Counted from the first letter of the stretch, positions 13,186 to 24,088 are shown. The stretch: 64,000 bases of DNA from Azolla caroliniana (GCA_043228905.1 JBHGNT010000018.1:4960001-5024000), one strand, 5' to 3'. The notes: generated by a model not told the origin, from the letters alone. Program-made: numbers and translations.

Positions 13186-13566
13186 TAACAATCGGCAACG
13201 GCTCGGCTCGGTTCGGTTTGAGAGGGTCCAAACCGAACCGTTTAACAATTTTGAAACCTGAACCAAACCAAACCGCAAAACTGTTAAACCGAACCGTTAA
13301 ACCATTAAACCGTAAAAATCGCGGTTTCGTGATTCGGTTTCGGTTTTCAACATAGGTCAAATTTTAAAATATTTTAAATTTATAATATTTCATTATTTAA
13401 ATTTTTTAGAATTTTTAAGATGTTCCTAAAATGTGAGAATAAGGTCTAAAAATGAAAAGATTGTTTAAAAACAATTTTTACAATTTTTTAAATAAAAAAT
13501 AAAAAACCGTTTAAACCACGGTTTCACAGTTCAGTTCAATTCAAACCGAACCGTTGCCGATTGTTA
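13186..13566. mobile_element. MITE, probably hAT-type (381 bp)
   Basis: Perfect 16-bp TIR taacaatcggcaacgg / ccgttgccgattgtta. Near-perfect 8-bp TSD gaagaaag / gaaggaag. Many internal AACCG/CGGTT subterminal motifs. Confidence 0.8.
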
Positions 13567-14149
13567 GAAGGAAGTTGTGACTTGACTTAACTGATCGGGT
13601 TGCTACTATGTGGGAACTGTCTGTCCATCTAGACGGAAACAAAAGAGACTATGTATTGACCTTTTTCTCCCTTCAGATTGTTGGCAATGTCCATACCCCG
13701 GCCGGACATGTGTGTCCCTCCATCCCAAGACGTTCTCATTCCAGTGCAGTTAATTATATGCCTCTCTTTTATGACATGCTCTGTTTTTATTTACATACTT
13801 GATGCGATGAGATTCTAGTAGGAATGCTTGGGCCCTCCATCACTAGCACGTGTGGCCATTATATCATTAAGTGATCCAAATTACCTCCAAGGACAAGGAG
13901 GGTGATTATCCTCAATGAGTTTGGTTGAGTATATGTATATATATACTGGCACATATATTCAACTGTAATGATTATTGTTTTCAATTTGTTTAATGACATG
14001 CATAACCTATATCAAATGGCACATTTTAATGTTTTGCCGCTAATATCAAATTGCCCCGTTGTCTTCTACATTGATGTTGTATCACATGTCACGATAACTT
14101 GCATCCCATCTTGACCTAAAATTTGATCCTCCCACTTTGAAACATCTTG

Positions 14150-14810
14150 AATCTTTTTGCACTGGTTTCCATGGGTCAATTTCAACCAAGTTTTTGTTGA
14201 AAGATGCGGGAGGATAAAACCAATTTTTATCTTAGTTGTGGTGCACCCAAACAACCCCAAACAAAGTTGAGACAGACCCGAATAGCCCCCCATCAGAGTT
14301 GGGACAATCAATCCCAAGGAGTCATAAGCAAAGTTGGGACAAGCTCACATAGTCCCAAACAGGGATAGGACAATCTTGATTAGCATGCAATTCCAATATG
14401 AGTTGGGACTCACTAAAAGAGCCAAACCTTGTCCTTGTCCCAAAAGGGGCACCGCCTTGGGGTGGGACAACCAGTCCCAATAGACTACCCAATGGCTAGT
14501 CCAACAACCTTATCTTGGCCTATACAAGTAGGAGCATCTTCACATTTTTTGCTAATTCCTAATCTCAAAGTTCTACAGTAATCAGTGTTGCCTTTTGATG
14601 GCCGTTTTGACCGTTTTTTTGGGCAAATTTAAAACCGTATATGAAGGTTAATTGAAAACTAAAAACCGTCAATCTTGACGGGCATATATGTTTTATGAAA
14701 ACGTAAAAAGCGAAGGCTTAAAAAATTTGCTAATACCGTCAAATTTGGCTAAGACCAATATGTTATACAAGGGAGTACATCATAGTAGTGATGGGCAAAG
14801 TCTGTCCCAA
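14150..14810. mobile_element. Degenerate non-autonomous DNA transposon debris (GGGACAA/TTGTCCC and AAACCG/GACGG motif arrays)
   Basis: Recurrent gggacaa/gtccca motifs at 14270-14490 and 14803. A hAT-like end 'cagtgttg' at ~14583. No clean TSD found. Confidence 0.35.
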
Positions 14811-15063
14811 GGATTCACAAATGTTAAAACGTGTTCCGGTTGGTTGCATTGGGAATTTGGGACCTTTATATATATATGTATATAGTTTTCGGTTTCTCTA
14901 ATGTTTTCTCTAAAGTATATCCCCCTTTTTTTCCCCTCTTTGTTCGTTGCTCCCTCAACCCTGCGTGACCTTTTGCTGGAAGCTCGCTGCTCACTATCTC
15001 TACGCGACTCAGAAGCTTCTTGCTCGTTTGCTTGATCTCCTGCTCTGCTCACCCGTCTAAGGT

Positions 15064-15065
<2 letters not shown>

Positions 15066-15098
<33 letters not shown>
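15066..15098. repeat. (CT)n microsatellite
   Basis: Direct inspection. A second (CT)n tract lies at 18900-18921. Confidence 0.95.
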
Positions 15099-15103
<5 letters not shown>

Positions 15104-15348
15104 ACTGTAATGTTAAAATCCACTAACATATATAGCAAGCTAGAGAAGAAAACAAGAACAGAAACTAAAAAACAAAAAAACCACTTGGCTTTCAAGAAAA
15201 TTTCTGTTAGGAGCGTACAAATCTAGTCTATACAACATTCTCAAAGGAAAATATAAGGAAAGGTTAAATAGGCCTGCAAGTAGAGGAGAAACGTGACAAC
15301 AATACTGCTCAGGATTAGCTAAGAAAATAGTGAGAGGTATCTAATAAT

Positions 15349-15715
15349 CTACTGCTGCTCATGTTGATCATTGGTCCCGTTTTCTTCATGAGAGGCAACC
15401 ACCATGATCTCGTCAAAGTTGTCTGATTTCTTCAATGTTATTTCCATCTTTGGTTTTTGTACCATCCGCCCACGCATCTCATTGCCTATGTCAACGGTTG
15501 ATGTGTATATCTTCTTCACAATAACTAGCCCATTGTTCTTCAATATTTCCACCACAGTCACAAGAGTAGAAATGGCCATTCCTAGTGCAGACAGCTCCAC
15601 TTCCTCATATTGCTGCATAAACCTCTTTGCTAGGTTGACATAGAAGAACAGAGGTTTCTTCGTATTGGACACTTGGATTTTGTTCTTTCTGGCATATTAT
15701 CGGCTGTGGCGTCTT
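15349..15715 (-). pseudogene. Alba-domain nucleic-acid-binding protein (At2g34160/At1g29250-like), 3' part; intronless and disrupted
   Basis: ARKNKIQVSNTKKPLFFYVNLAKRFMQQYEEVELSALGMAISTLVTVVEILKNNG...STVDI...VQKPKMEITLKKSDNFDEIM is the plant short Alba signature. Frameshift near 15693. The 5' end is separated by the 15716-18808 insertion. Confidence 0.9.
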
Positions 15716-15999
15716 TGTGATAATGTATATATGTTTGGTAATAGTAATTGATGGAAGCGTTTATTCTATTAATGATTATGGGGCTATTAAATAGCCAATT
15801 ACAAGATATAAATAGACATATATATACAAGATACCAAAAGGTATTTGGGATATGGTTATTTCTGGATTCATGTGAGTTAGTGTTCACATTCATGTGAATT
15901 AGTGTTCACATTCTCCCTATTTTTTCTAGAATTATAAGCTATGGCTGTTTCTATTTGAAGTTACATTAATAAGTCCAATAGCTTTGCAGCAAAACTCAA
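15716..15999. repeat. Left terminal inverted repeat (284 bp; includes a 22-bp internal tandem duplication at ~15867-15910)
   Basis: Reverse complement of 18556-18808, with about 5 substitutions and two indels (net 22 + 9 bp) by eye. Confidence 0.95.
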
Positions 16000-16091
16000 G
16001 TTTGGGTTTAGGTACTGTTTTTGTGTGTTTGTTAATTGATGACGAGGATTGGTTGATCTTCTTTGTTTCTTCTATCCTTCTCCTTTTTTTA

Positions 16092-18524
16092 TTATTTTAT
16101 TTTGGAATGTTTAGAATTGTAAAAACAACATCCTTTCTTGCCAAAATGGTCATCACAGTCGATAAAAATTTGTTTGATTGCTCGATCTTCTAGTTTATTT
16201 CTGGTTGCATTGAGTACATATGAGGATATTGTACTGCCAAAGATCTTTAGGTGAGACAGATCTGGTTTGATACCTGACCATTTTTCGAATGGTGTTTGAG
16301 TGTTTTCATAGGCAATCGATTTTGTAAATAGGAAGCTGTTGCCATGGCTTCTTCCCAAAAGGTGTTTGGGAGGTTTGCGGCTTTTTGCATTGATCGAGCA
16401 GCACCCATGAGTGTGCGATTCTTTCTCTCTGCGTTTCCGTTTTGTTGAGGATGATGTGGTATGGTTGTCTGATGCAGGATTCATTGTGATTGTAGTATGT
16501 TAACGAATTCTTTCAAATTGGATTCTCCTCCATTATCACTTCGTGGTATTTTGTTTTTCTTATTTAGTTGGTTTTCAACAAGATTTTTGTAGACCAAGAA
16601 ATGGAATAGGGCGTCAGATTTCTTTTTGAGGAAAGTGATGATGGTGTAGTGTGTGTAATCATCGATAAATGTGAGAAAGTAAAGAGCTCCGGTGAGGGAG
16701 GGAGTCGGCATTGGTCCACATAGATCAGTGTGAATAAGTTGAAGGGGATTTGTTGTGTATTGGGTTGAACAAGGATATGGATTGGAGGTCATTTTTCTGA
16801 AGAGGCAGCCTTCACAAAAGGTTAGATGGGTGAAAGGACCTATTATTCCATTGGCAAGGTTGTGTGTTCGGATCTTATGAAGGGCTTGAAGAGGTGGGTG
16901 ACCTAACCTAAGATGCCTTTTGAGGGTGTTTGGAATTCCAGCGTCATGGATTTGGTGAGAGGCATTTGATATTTTGATGGGTGTGATGGGAATAGGGTGT
17001 AGGTTTTGTGTTTTGAAACAGGGAATTGTATACGATGTGCCATTGGCTTGTTGAGATTCGAAAAGACAGGAGGTACCTCTGAAGGTGAGTGTGTAGCCGC
17101 ATTCGGTTGCTTGACTTACTGATAAGAGGTTCTTTGTAAGTCCCGGTACAAAGTAAACTTTATGAATATGTAGATGATTGTTGTTGGGCAGACTGAATGT
17201 GAGGGTACCATATCCTTGGGCTTGTCTGGTGCTGTTATCTCCAAGGTGGACGTCTAGGGGTGTGGTAAACTCTTTGTATTGTGTTAGGTATAGTTTGTTG
17301 AATGTCGTATGATGAGTGGTGCCGGTATCGAGGTACCATGAAAGGTCTAAACCTGTTGTTTTGGGCAAACTGGTATTGAATAAATACATTTCTTCACCTG
17401 ATGATGGTGGATTTTGTTTAAGTAAACCTGTTGTGTTGGTTAAATTGGTATTGAATAAATACATTTCTTCACCTGATGATGGTGGATTTTGTTTAAGTAA
17501 ACCTGTTGTGTTGGTTAAATTGGTATTGAATAAATACATTTCTTCACCTGATGATGGTGGATTTTGTTGAAGTTGTGCGATCCTAGCTTGAGATCGTTGG
17601 CCTACTTCATGTTGCTTTGGGCTACATTTTCTTTCCAAGTGTCTTTGTCTGTTGCAATAATTGCATGTCATTACTTTGGTGTTTTGATAATTAGATGTGT
17701 TTCTTTGCTTGGTTCTACAGTCTTTCTCCCAGTGGCCTGGTTGGTTGCAGTAATTGCAGCGAGGTGTTCTTTGGTTTTGGTGGTTGTAATTGATAGATTT
17801 GTTGAATCTATGTGGTTGTTGTTTGTGTTGGTTGGACATCGGGATGGTGGTCGCCATTGCAATTGGAATTGTTGATTGGTTGAGGTTGTTGTTGGTGATG
17901 GTTGTGAGCTTGGTGAAGGCATATTCTTGACGCATTTTGTTGATGAGGACAGCCAATGATTGAGTTTGATAGGATTGGGTTGTGATGAAAGGTCGCCAGG
18001 TCGATGGTAGTGCAACTAATAGCATGACTACATGTTGTTTATCTGTGAATCCAAGGCCTGTGGTTGTGCCTTGCTCTAGGAGTGAATGCCATAACTGTAA
18101 AAATGTTTCAAAATCATCACCTTCTTGCATGTGGAAGGTTGTGAGTTGGCGAAACAGGGCAATTGCATGAATTGTGTTGGTCTTTTCATATTGTTCACTT
18201 AAGACATTCCCACATTTCTTTGGTGGTTTCTTGGTTTGAAATGAGGTACATAAGTGAATCTGCTACATGGAATTGAATTTTGGATTGTGCTTTGAAATCC
18301 TTATCCCGCCATGCGTGAATTTCTGGATCATTTTTGTCAGGTTTGGCTTTGCTTCCATCTATGTATGCCCATAGATGTAGTCTGCGCAGGTACATTTTCA
18401 TTCGTATTTGCCATGGGCGATAATTTGTGGCTCCGGTTAGTCTGTCAATTCGGATGGATCTGGATACTGTTGTGGAGGAGGGTATTGTATCAGCAACCAT
18501 GTCTGGGTTTTCGACTGTGGCCAT
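16092..18524 (-). pseudogene. Copia-type Gag (UBN2-like), two CCHC knuckles, aspartic protease, GAG-pre-integrase and DDE integrase; disrupted
   Basis: Motifs IDRLTGATNYRPWQIRM; CNYCNQPGHWEKDC and CNYCNRQRHLERKC; WYLDTGTTHH; HLRLGHP...CEGC; LIHTDLCGP, RSDNGGE and (after an in-frame TGA at 16481) PQQNGNAERKNRTL; TPFEKWSGIKPDLSHLKIFGS. Stop/frameshift near 18195 and a frameshift after the integrase core. Confidence 0.93.
17348..17567. repeat. 75-bp in-frame tandem repeat, ~3 copies (QNPPSSGEEMYLFNTNLTNTTGLLK)
   Basis: aaacctgttg recurs at 17349, 17424 and 17499. Confidence 0.95.
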
Positions 18525-18555
18525 GATTGGTTTTCTTTTGTTTGTGAAATAAATT

Positions 18556-18808
18556 TTGAGTTTTGCTGCAAAGCTATTGGACTTATTAATCTAACTTCAA
18601 ATAGAAACAGCCATAGCTTATAATTCTAGAAAAAATAGGGAGAATGTGAACACTAACTCACATGAATCCAGAAATAACCGTATCCCAAATACCTTTTGGT
18701 ATCTTGTATATATATGTCTATTTATCTGGCTATTTAATAGCCCCATACTCATTAATAGAATGAACGCTTCCATCAATTACTATTACCAAACATACATACA
18801 TTATCACA
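18556..18808. repeat. Right terminal inverted repeat (253 bp)
   Basis: ttgagttttgctgcaaagc...cattatcaca is the reverse complement of the left end. Confidence 0.95.
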
Positions 18809-18856
18809 GTCTTGATTCTGGTCCATCCCTCCATTGCTCTGTTGCTGTTGCGCCAT
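18809..18856 (-). pseudogene. Alba pseudogene 5' part (ATG and N-terminus MAQQQQSNGGMDQNQD)
   Basis: Removing the insertion and one TSD copy joins ATG 18856 in frame to ...QD-ATADN at 15710. A telo-box (aaaccctaa on the minus strand) is at 18891-18899. Confidence 0.75.
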
Positions 18857-19630
18857 CGCCAACAGATAGAGAAATAAACAGAAAATCGTTTTAGGGTTTC
18901 TCTCTCTCTCTCTCTCTCTCTTGATGTGTTACAACTTACTACTACCCTCCACCTACCAAAAGTATCATCCATGTCGTCGTTTGAAAAATATGTTGATGTA
19001 GGAACATTATGTTGTGTTGGCTTGGGTTGTGTGGGGATGGGGGATTTAGGGTTTCTTAGAGAGTCAGAGATAGAGATGATCATGGTCTTCTATCTTTCTT
19101 GAGTGGCCAATAACATGAATTCTGGAACTAGAGACAATAGAATAGAATTCATTCTTTATCGTTCATAGGAGATGGGGTATTTAGGTTTATTGTGTTTGGG
19201 ATGTAGTAAAGTCATAACATCCAAACTTTGGCTTCTAACGATTTTTAGCTAAAATGAGCTAATGATCCTGTTCCCAGCAATAATAATTTCTTGGTTTGAA
19301 TGGAAATTCAGGAATGTTTTGTCATATTTATGCTATTTTGACATTCTGCATGTGGGAAGACTATTCTTTAAAAAGTATGTTTTGGTGATGATGCTACCCA
19401 TGAAAGATTTAGTTAAGGACCGGAGGAATCCATTAAGCCATGGTAATTACACAATGTAGCACAATGTAATTCTTTCATTTATCTCACTATTGTCTTCATG
19501 ATACAATGATCATTTGGGCTGTATTGCTTAGACAACTCTTGAAAGAATTTAAAAGTTGTTAAAGTATAAAGCCTATAACAAAGGATTAACCCACATTATT
19601 CTATATGAGACCCTGAATCTTATTACTCAG

Positions 19631-19736
19631 GGTGTGGATCCATCAATAAGGGCAGAAGTTTGGGAATTTCTTCTTGGCTGCTATGTAGTAGATAGCACAC
19701 ACTCAGAGTGTGTTGCAATTCGAAAGTCTCGCAAAT
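19631..19736 (+). pseudogene. TBC-domain Rab/Ypt GTPase-activating protein exon remnant
   Basis: Acceptor tactcag| followed by GVDPSIRAEVWEFLLGCY, a conserved plant TBC1D15/GYP7-like motif. No other intact exons found. Confidence 0.75.
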
Positions 19737-20508
19737 GTCAATCTCTTAACCTTAGCTAATCTCTCATATTTTATACAAAGTCTACATGACCCTTGTTTGT
19801 GGAGTTGTGATAGTAACATGCTAATATGGACATATGACTAAGTTTTGGATGCTTGGAGTTGTATGTCATTACTCATATCTTAGAGATTATCCTTTTCGTG
19901 TCAAGGTATAATCAACAAAGTATGATCTTTTTGCCAAAGAGAATTATATTCATGTGAAATCTCAATGCTCAATAGGTCATAACTAATATGTATGGGTTTA
20001 ATGATGCTAGTGATTGTTTTGAACTGATGGAACAATGCTTCTATCATCAAGGGGGGATGGAGGCTTTTGTCAATTGAACTCAAATGATCTCATGTGGGGT
20101 GGATACTTGGCTATATATTATCTAGGACAACTTAATGATTAGTGGACTCTCTATGCCCATATGTATATGGGGCGTCTTAAAGCCCATATGGTTGCATCAT
20201 ATATAAGGGTAGGGGAGCCTGGAGGAAGTGTGCTGAAGTTCAAGGGTAGCCAAAGTTACATATCCTTAAGTGAGTCGATCCATGGTGGCATGGTCATAGA
20301 GAAATGCCCATTTATGCTTGTAAATTTGCCCTCTAGATATAGACAAGAACCCTCCACTTCAACAACATGCATCTTCTTGATAGGTTGAAGAAATTTATTA
20401 AAATTCAAAGTTCAAATAGGAGGAGGAGAGGTCCAAGGTTCAAAACTCCAATAGTTCACCATTCATTCATTTTACGATTCACGAGCAAATCGGTGAAGGA
20501 GACGAGCG

Positions 20509-20524
20509 AAGCCCAAAACCCTAA
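20509..20524 (+). promoter_or_regulatory. Site II-like motif (AAGCCCA) plus telo-box (AAACCCTAA) upstream of RPB8
   Basis: aagcccaaaaccctaa. This pairing is typical of plant housekeeping and translation-machinery promoters. A 5'-UTR intron is likely at 20547-20762 (gtaagt...ttcaaag). Confidence 0.6.
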
Positions 20525-20772
20525 TTTCCTGCACACGACCAAACTGGTAAGTAACAGAAGAAAGGCACAGCGGGGGATACCTTCCTCCTCCCTCCTTCAC
20601 CCCCATCTATCAGAACCTGTCCATTCTCTGTGTCTCCCTCAGTAAAATCTTCATGCATTGTTCCTTTTTATTTTTATTTTTTTTCTCTGCATCAATTTCA
20701 TTGTTTGCCAAGCTTTGTCTTCGGAATTCTCACCGTTTTCTTGTCTTTGATTCCTTTCAAAGCAACGGAGAA

Positions 20773-23700
20773 ATGGCGGAGCTTCTTTTCGAGGATATCT
20801 TCACTATCGTTAGAATGGACCCAGATGGAAAGAAGTTCGATCGAGGTATACTGCTTACTCTCTGCTCCATCTTTGCTTAATCATTGTGTCATCATTTCTT
20901 ACCGTAGTTAGGATAAGCATGGGAGAACCATGCATTTATCATACCATAGAGTCTCCTTATACCTAATCAGACTTAATAAAACGCTTAATTATGATTCATC
21001 ATTCGTAATCTTGAGTTAATCATGCTTCATGACTTCATGATAACTTGACATCGAAGAGCATGTCTACGAGTCGAAACCATTTGCCCCTATAAAACTACCA
21101 CTTGCTCTTAGATTCTTTCCTCTCATGACTTATTTTTAGCCCCTTTTTTAAATGTTATATTAATTGACTTGCTTTTTAATGTAGTGTTAATTGACCTTTT
21201 TGTTTAATTATTAAGTTTCTAACTTTCTATCCTTTGTTGTGTTAATTACTTTTTTCTCCATTCTCATTGTCATTAGGTTATCCTTTTTAATTCCTTTTAC
21301 AGACTAGTTCCCACTATCCTTAACCCTAAACCCTAACCCTAATCCTAAATCTTAACCCTAAACCTTGATCCCAAATATTCTCACTATCCTCAACCGATAA
21401 CCCTAATACCCTTAAAATGTTAAAACCGTAAAATATTTCTCAACCATTTCTTCGTCTTCCTCTCCACTTGCATTTTGTTTAGGCTGATTGGAGTTCTAAG
21501 TTTAAAGCATTCTCTTTTATGTCTCAAGTTTTTAGATAAACTTCATATCGAAGGAACCTATTACTTAGGGTGGTTTAGTAACCCTTTCTATTGGTGATGT
21601 TGCACGCGTATTCAAGATTAATAATCATCTTAATCTTGATTAATCACTATTTCTCAAGTCTCCAGGATTGATATATGCTTCTTAGTCCAGAATGAGTAGT
21701 TAGCATATTCTTCATATTCGTGATACACACACAATACACATCAATTTATCTACATATATCCATTGCTTAGTTAGTGCTTGAATTTTCTTGTTCACTATAC
21801 ATTCTTATTCAAGTATGCTCCTTAATCATGCACAAATATTGGTACATTACTAATGCTTAATCATGGTTTTGTCAGTCTCCAGGATTGAGGCGAGGAGTGA
21901 GCAATTTGATATGCATATGCTTCTTGATGTGAACACGGATATCTATCCATTACAAGTAGATGACAAGTTCACGATGGGCTTGGCTAGCACTCTTAGCCTT
22001 GATGGCACTCCTGACGATGGTACTTTTGATCAAGTAAGTCACAATCACTATTCTTTTCAGAGTGTTTATATAAAAAATAAAGAGAGAAGTCCAACTAAAT
22101 GACTATTAGGATGTTGCATTGTTAATATGATATAAAGACAACATAAAAAGTGTGTCTTACCTTGTAAATTTGAAGTCCAAAATCTCCACATTTGATGAAG
22201 GGAATAGCCATCATGTTCATAATCATGCTCATACAAAGAGAGCAGAGAAAGTGCTTTACAGTTAACGGGAAAAATCTCCTCTTTTGATCAAGGAATTAGC
22301 CATTATGCTCATAGTTAGCTATACGAAGAGAAGAAAGAATGTGCTTTTTATACTCTATTTATGAAGCGAGGCGGGTGTATGTAATATGGATATGCTAGTG
22401 AGTGATGACCAAGGTGTTTTTTAATATGATATAATGTGAATTTCAACATTTGAGATCCGAAGATTGTTATGTTAAACTGGATGTCCCCAAAAGTGGTAGA
22501 AACGCAAATTGGAAATTCAGATGAGGAAATTAAAATAATCAGACATTGATTGGCCTGGGGGTTATCTTGTAGAAAATTCTAGAATCTAATATAAATTACT
22601 GGGCTCATTCTCAGACAAACATATTTGTTTTTAACAACACTAAAACTTTAATGAGCTTTATCAGTCAAATTAAATATATGAGAGCCACTGTTACGAGGAA
22701 TCTGCAATGGTTTGCTTTCGGCTTAACTTGTTCTGCCTAGTCCAAACCAAACTGGTTAAGCCTTAACCAGTTTGGGAGTTTTCAAACTTGAACCAAACCG
22801 TCTTCTAAACCAGTTAAGCATTAACATGTTTGGGAACCGGTTTAGCCAAAAACGGTTTGGTTCATCTTGAGCATCCCAAACCGGGCTCAAATTGGTTAAG
22901 GAAGCTCGAGCTGAGCTGAACTGCCGAACTGCCGAACTGCCAAACAGCCAAACCATTTAAAAACGGTTTAACGGCTCAGTTCAGGGTTGAGCCAAGCCAA
23001 TGCCGACTCCATTGTCTCTCAATTTTAAAGTAAAAGGTGGCCATACAACCCTTCAAAGTTCTGACATCTCTACATTGTTGCAAATCTCCTTCATTATTTT
23101 GACATTTGTTGATTTGATGTTCATATGGTGAAATTGAGCATTTAAGATATAAACATTGGCATATATCATAAACACTACTAATGTGCTCTTAAATTTTGAT
23201 TTAGACACAACCTGAATATGAAGGCATCCAAACATCTTGATGTTATCATTAATATTAAAAATGTGAAATATATTTAAGAGTGATTAATTAAGTTATAATC
23301 AGCATTCCACCAGTATCAGGAATCACATTGGCCAAGTATGTAGTTTAAAGAAACTTTTGTGTATATTTAAATTTAAGCAAAGATAGGCTAACTGTTGTAA
23401 TTTCGTTATGAACGTATTGAGTATATTGATAATCCTTCACATCACCCTTTTTCTTTCCTGCTTTACAGAGTGGAAGGAAATCTCTTGCAGACAAGTATGA
23501 GTATGTTATGTATGGTAAACTTTACAAGTTTTCTGACCAAGAAAGCAGCGGTGCTGTGAAGATGTATGTAAATTTACTTTACTGAATCAATATGATTTGT
23601 GTGCATAATGTACCAAACAATGTGGGGATGCACAAATCCTATTTACTCTATGATTAGTATGCATAATGTATTGAATGACTCGGGAGTTTTTGTTTATTTT

Positions 23701-24088
23701 GATCTCCCAAGTAAACTATTGAAAGAGATAAAAAGAGGATGTGCTCAAAATTGCTCTTTCAAGAGGTTGACCTAGTGCGTTGAGAGAAAAATAAAGAAAA
23801 GCCCAAGGATATCACGAAGTTTTCCTTGCTAGTTGTTTAACATGATTTGTATGCATAATGTAGCATATGATTTGCCTTACGAAATTTCATGCACTAGCTG
23901 GTCATTTTCCTTTCTGCTACATTCTCTCTGCATATTGACTATAACTCACAGTTGATGTTTGTATTTTATTTAGTGAGGTTTATGTATCCTTTGGAGGTCT
24001 ATTGATGTTGCTGAAGGGAGACCCGAGTAATATCGGAAATCTGATGATGGATCAGAGGCTGTATCTTCTTATGCGAAAAGTTGGTTAG
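20773..24088 (+). CDS. RPB8: DNA-directed RNA polymerase common subunit RPB8 (RPABC3), 146 aa; join(20773..20845,21876..22033,23469..23563,23974..24088)
   Basis: [49 protein letters not shown]...[16 protein letters not shown]...[17 protein letters not shown]...[12 protein letters not shown]. All GT-AG junctions are phase-consistent; 441 nt total. Confidence 0.97.
21320..21415. repeat. Degenerate interstitial telomere-like (CCCTAAA/CCCTAA) array in RPB8 intron
   Basis: taaccctaaaccctaaccctaatcctaaatcttaaccctaaacc... Confidence 0.8.
22181..22348. repeat. ~90-bp degenerate tandem duplication in RPB8 intron
   Basis: aaaatctcc...tttgat.aagg...tagcca..atg.tcata...gtgcttt occurs twice. Confidence 0.7.
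22697..23010. mobile_element. Degenerate MITE related to 13186-13566, in an RPB8 intron
   Basis: Imperfect TIR ggaatctgcaatgg / ccaatgccgactcc (11/14) resembling aatcggcaacgg. AACCG/CGGTT-rich interior. Confidence 0.6.

Larger units (their letters stand above)
15716..18808 (-). mobile_element. Copia-derived element with long terminal inverted repeats, encoding Gag-PR-INT and no RT
   Basis: Ends tgtgataatg...cattatcaca. TSD GTCTT at 15711-15715 and 18809-18813. Inverted repeats at 15716-15999 and 18556-18808. Copia coding region in between. Confidence 0.92.

Noticed and set aside
12473-13360. Several overlapping 90-190 aa ORFs (K/R-rich or F/L-rich)
   Set aside because: These are translations of low-complexity purine/pyrimidine tracts and a MITE. 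No domain motifs; more likely the 5' UTR/promoter of the CFAP97-like gene.
15349-15672. Alba ORF as an intact functional gene
   Set aside because: The listed ORF starts at a GTG inside the conserved motif. The true ATG is 3.1 kb away across the insertion, and there is an intervening frameshift.
15716-18808. Interpretation as a DIRS element or as two independent head-to-head Copia insertions
   Set aside because: No tyrosine recombinase or RT, and DIRS do not make such TSDs. The matching 5-bp TSD and seamless Alba reconstruction indicate a single insertion site.
21320-21415. True telomere or chromosome-fusion scar
   Set aside because: Short, degenerate and intronic; such arrays are common in plant repeats.
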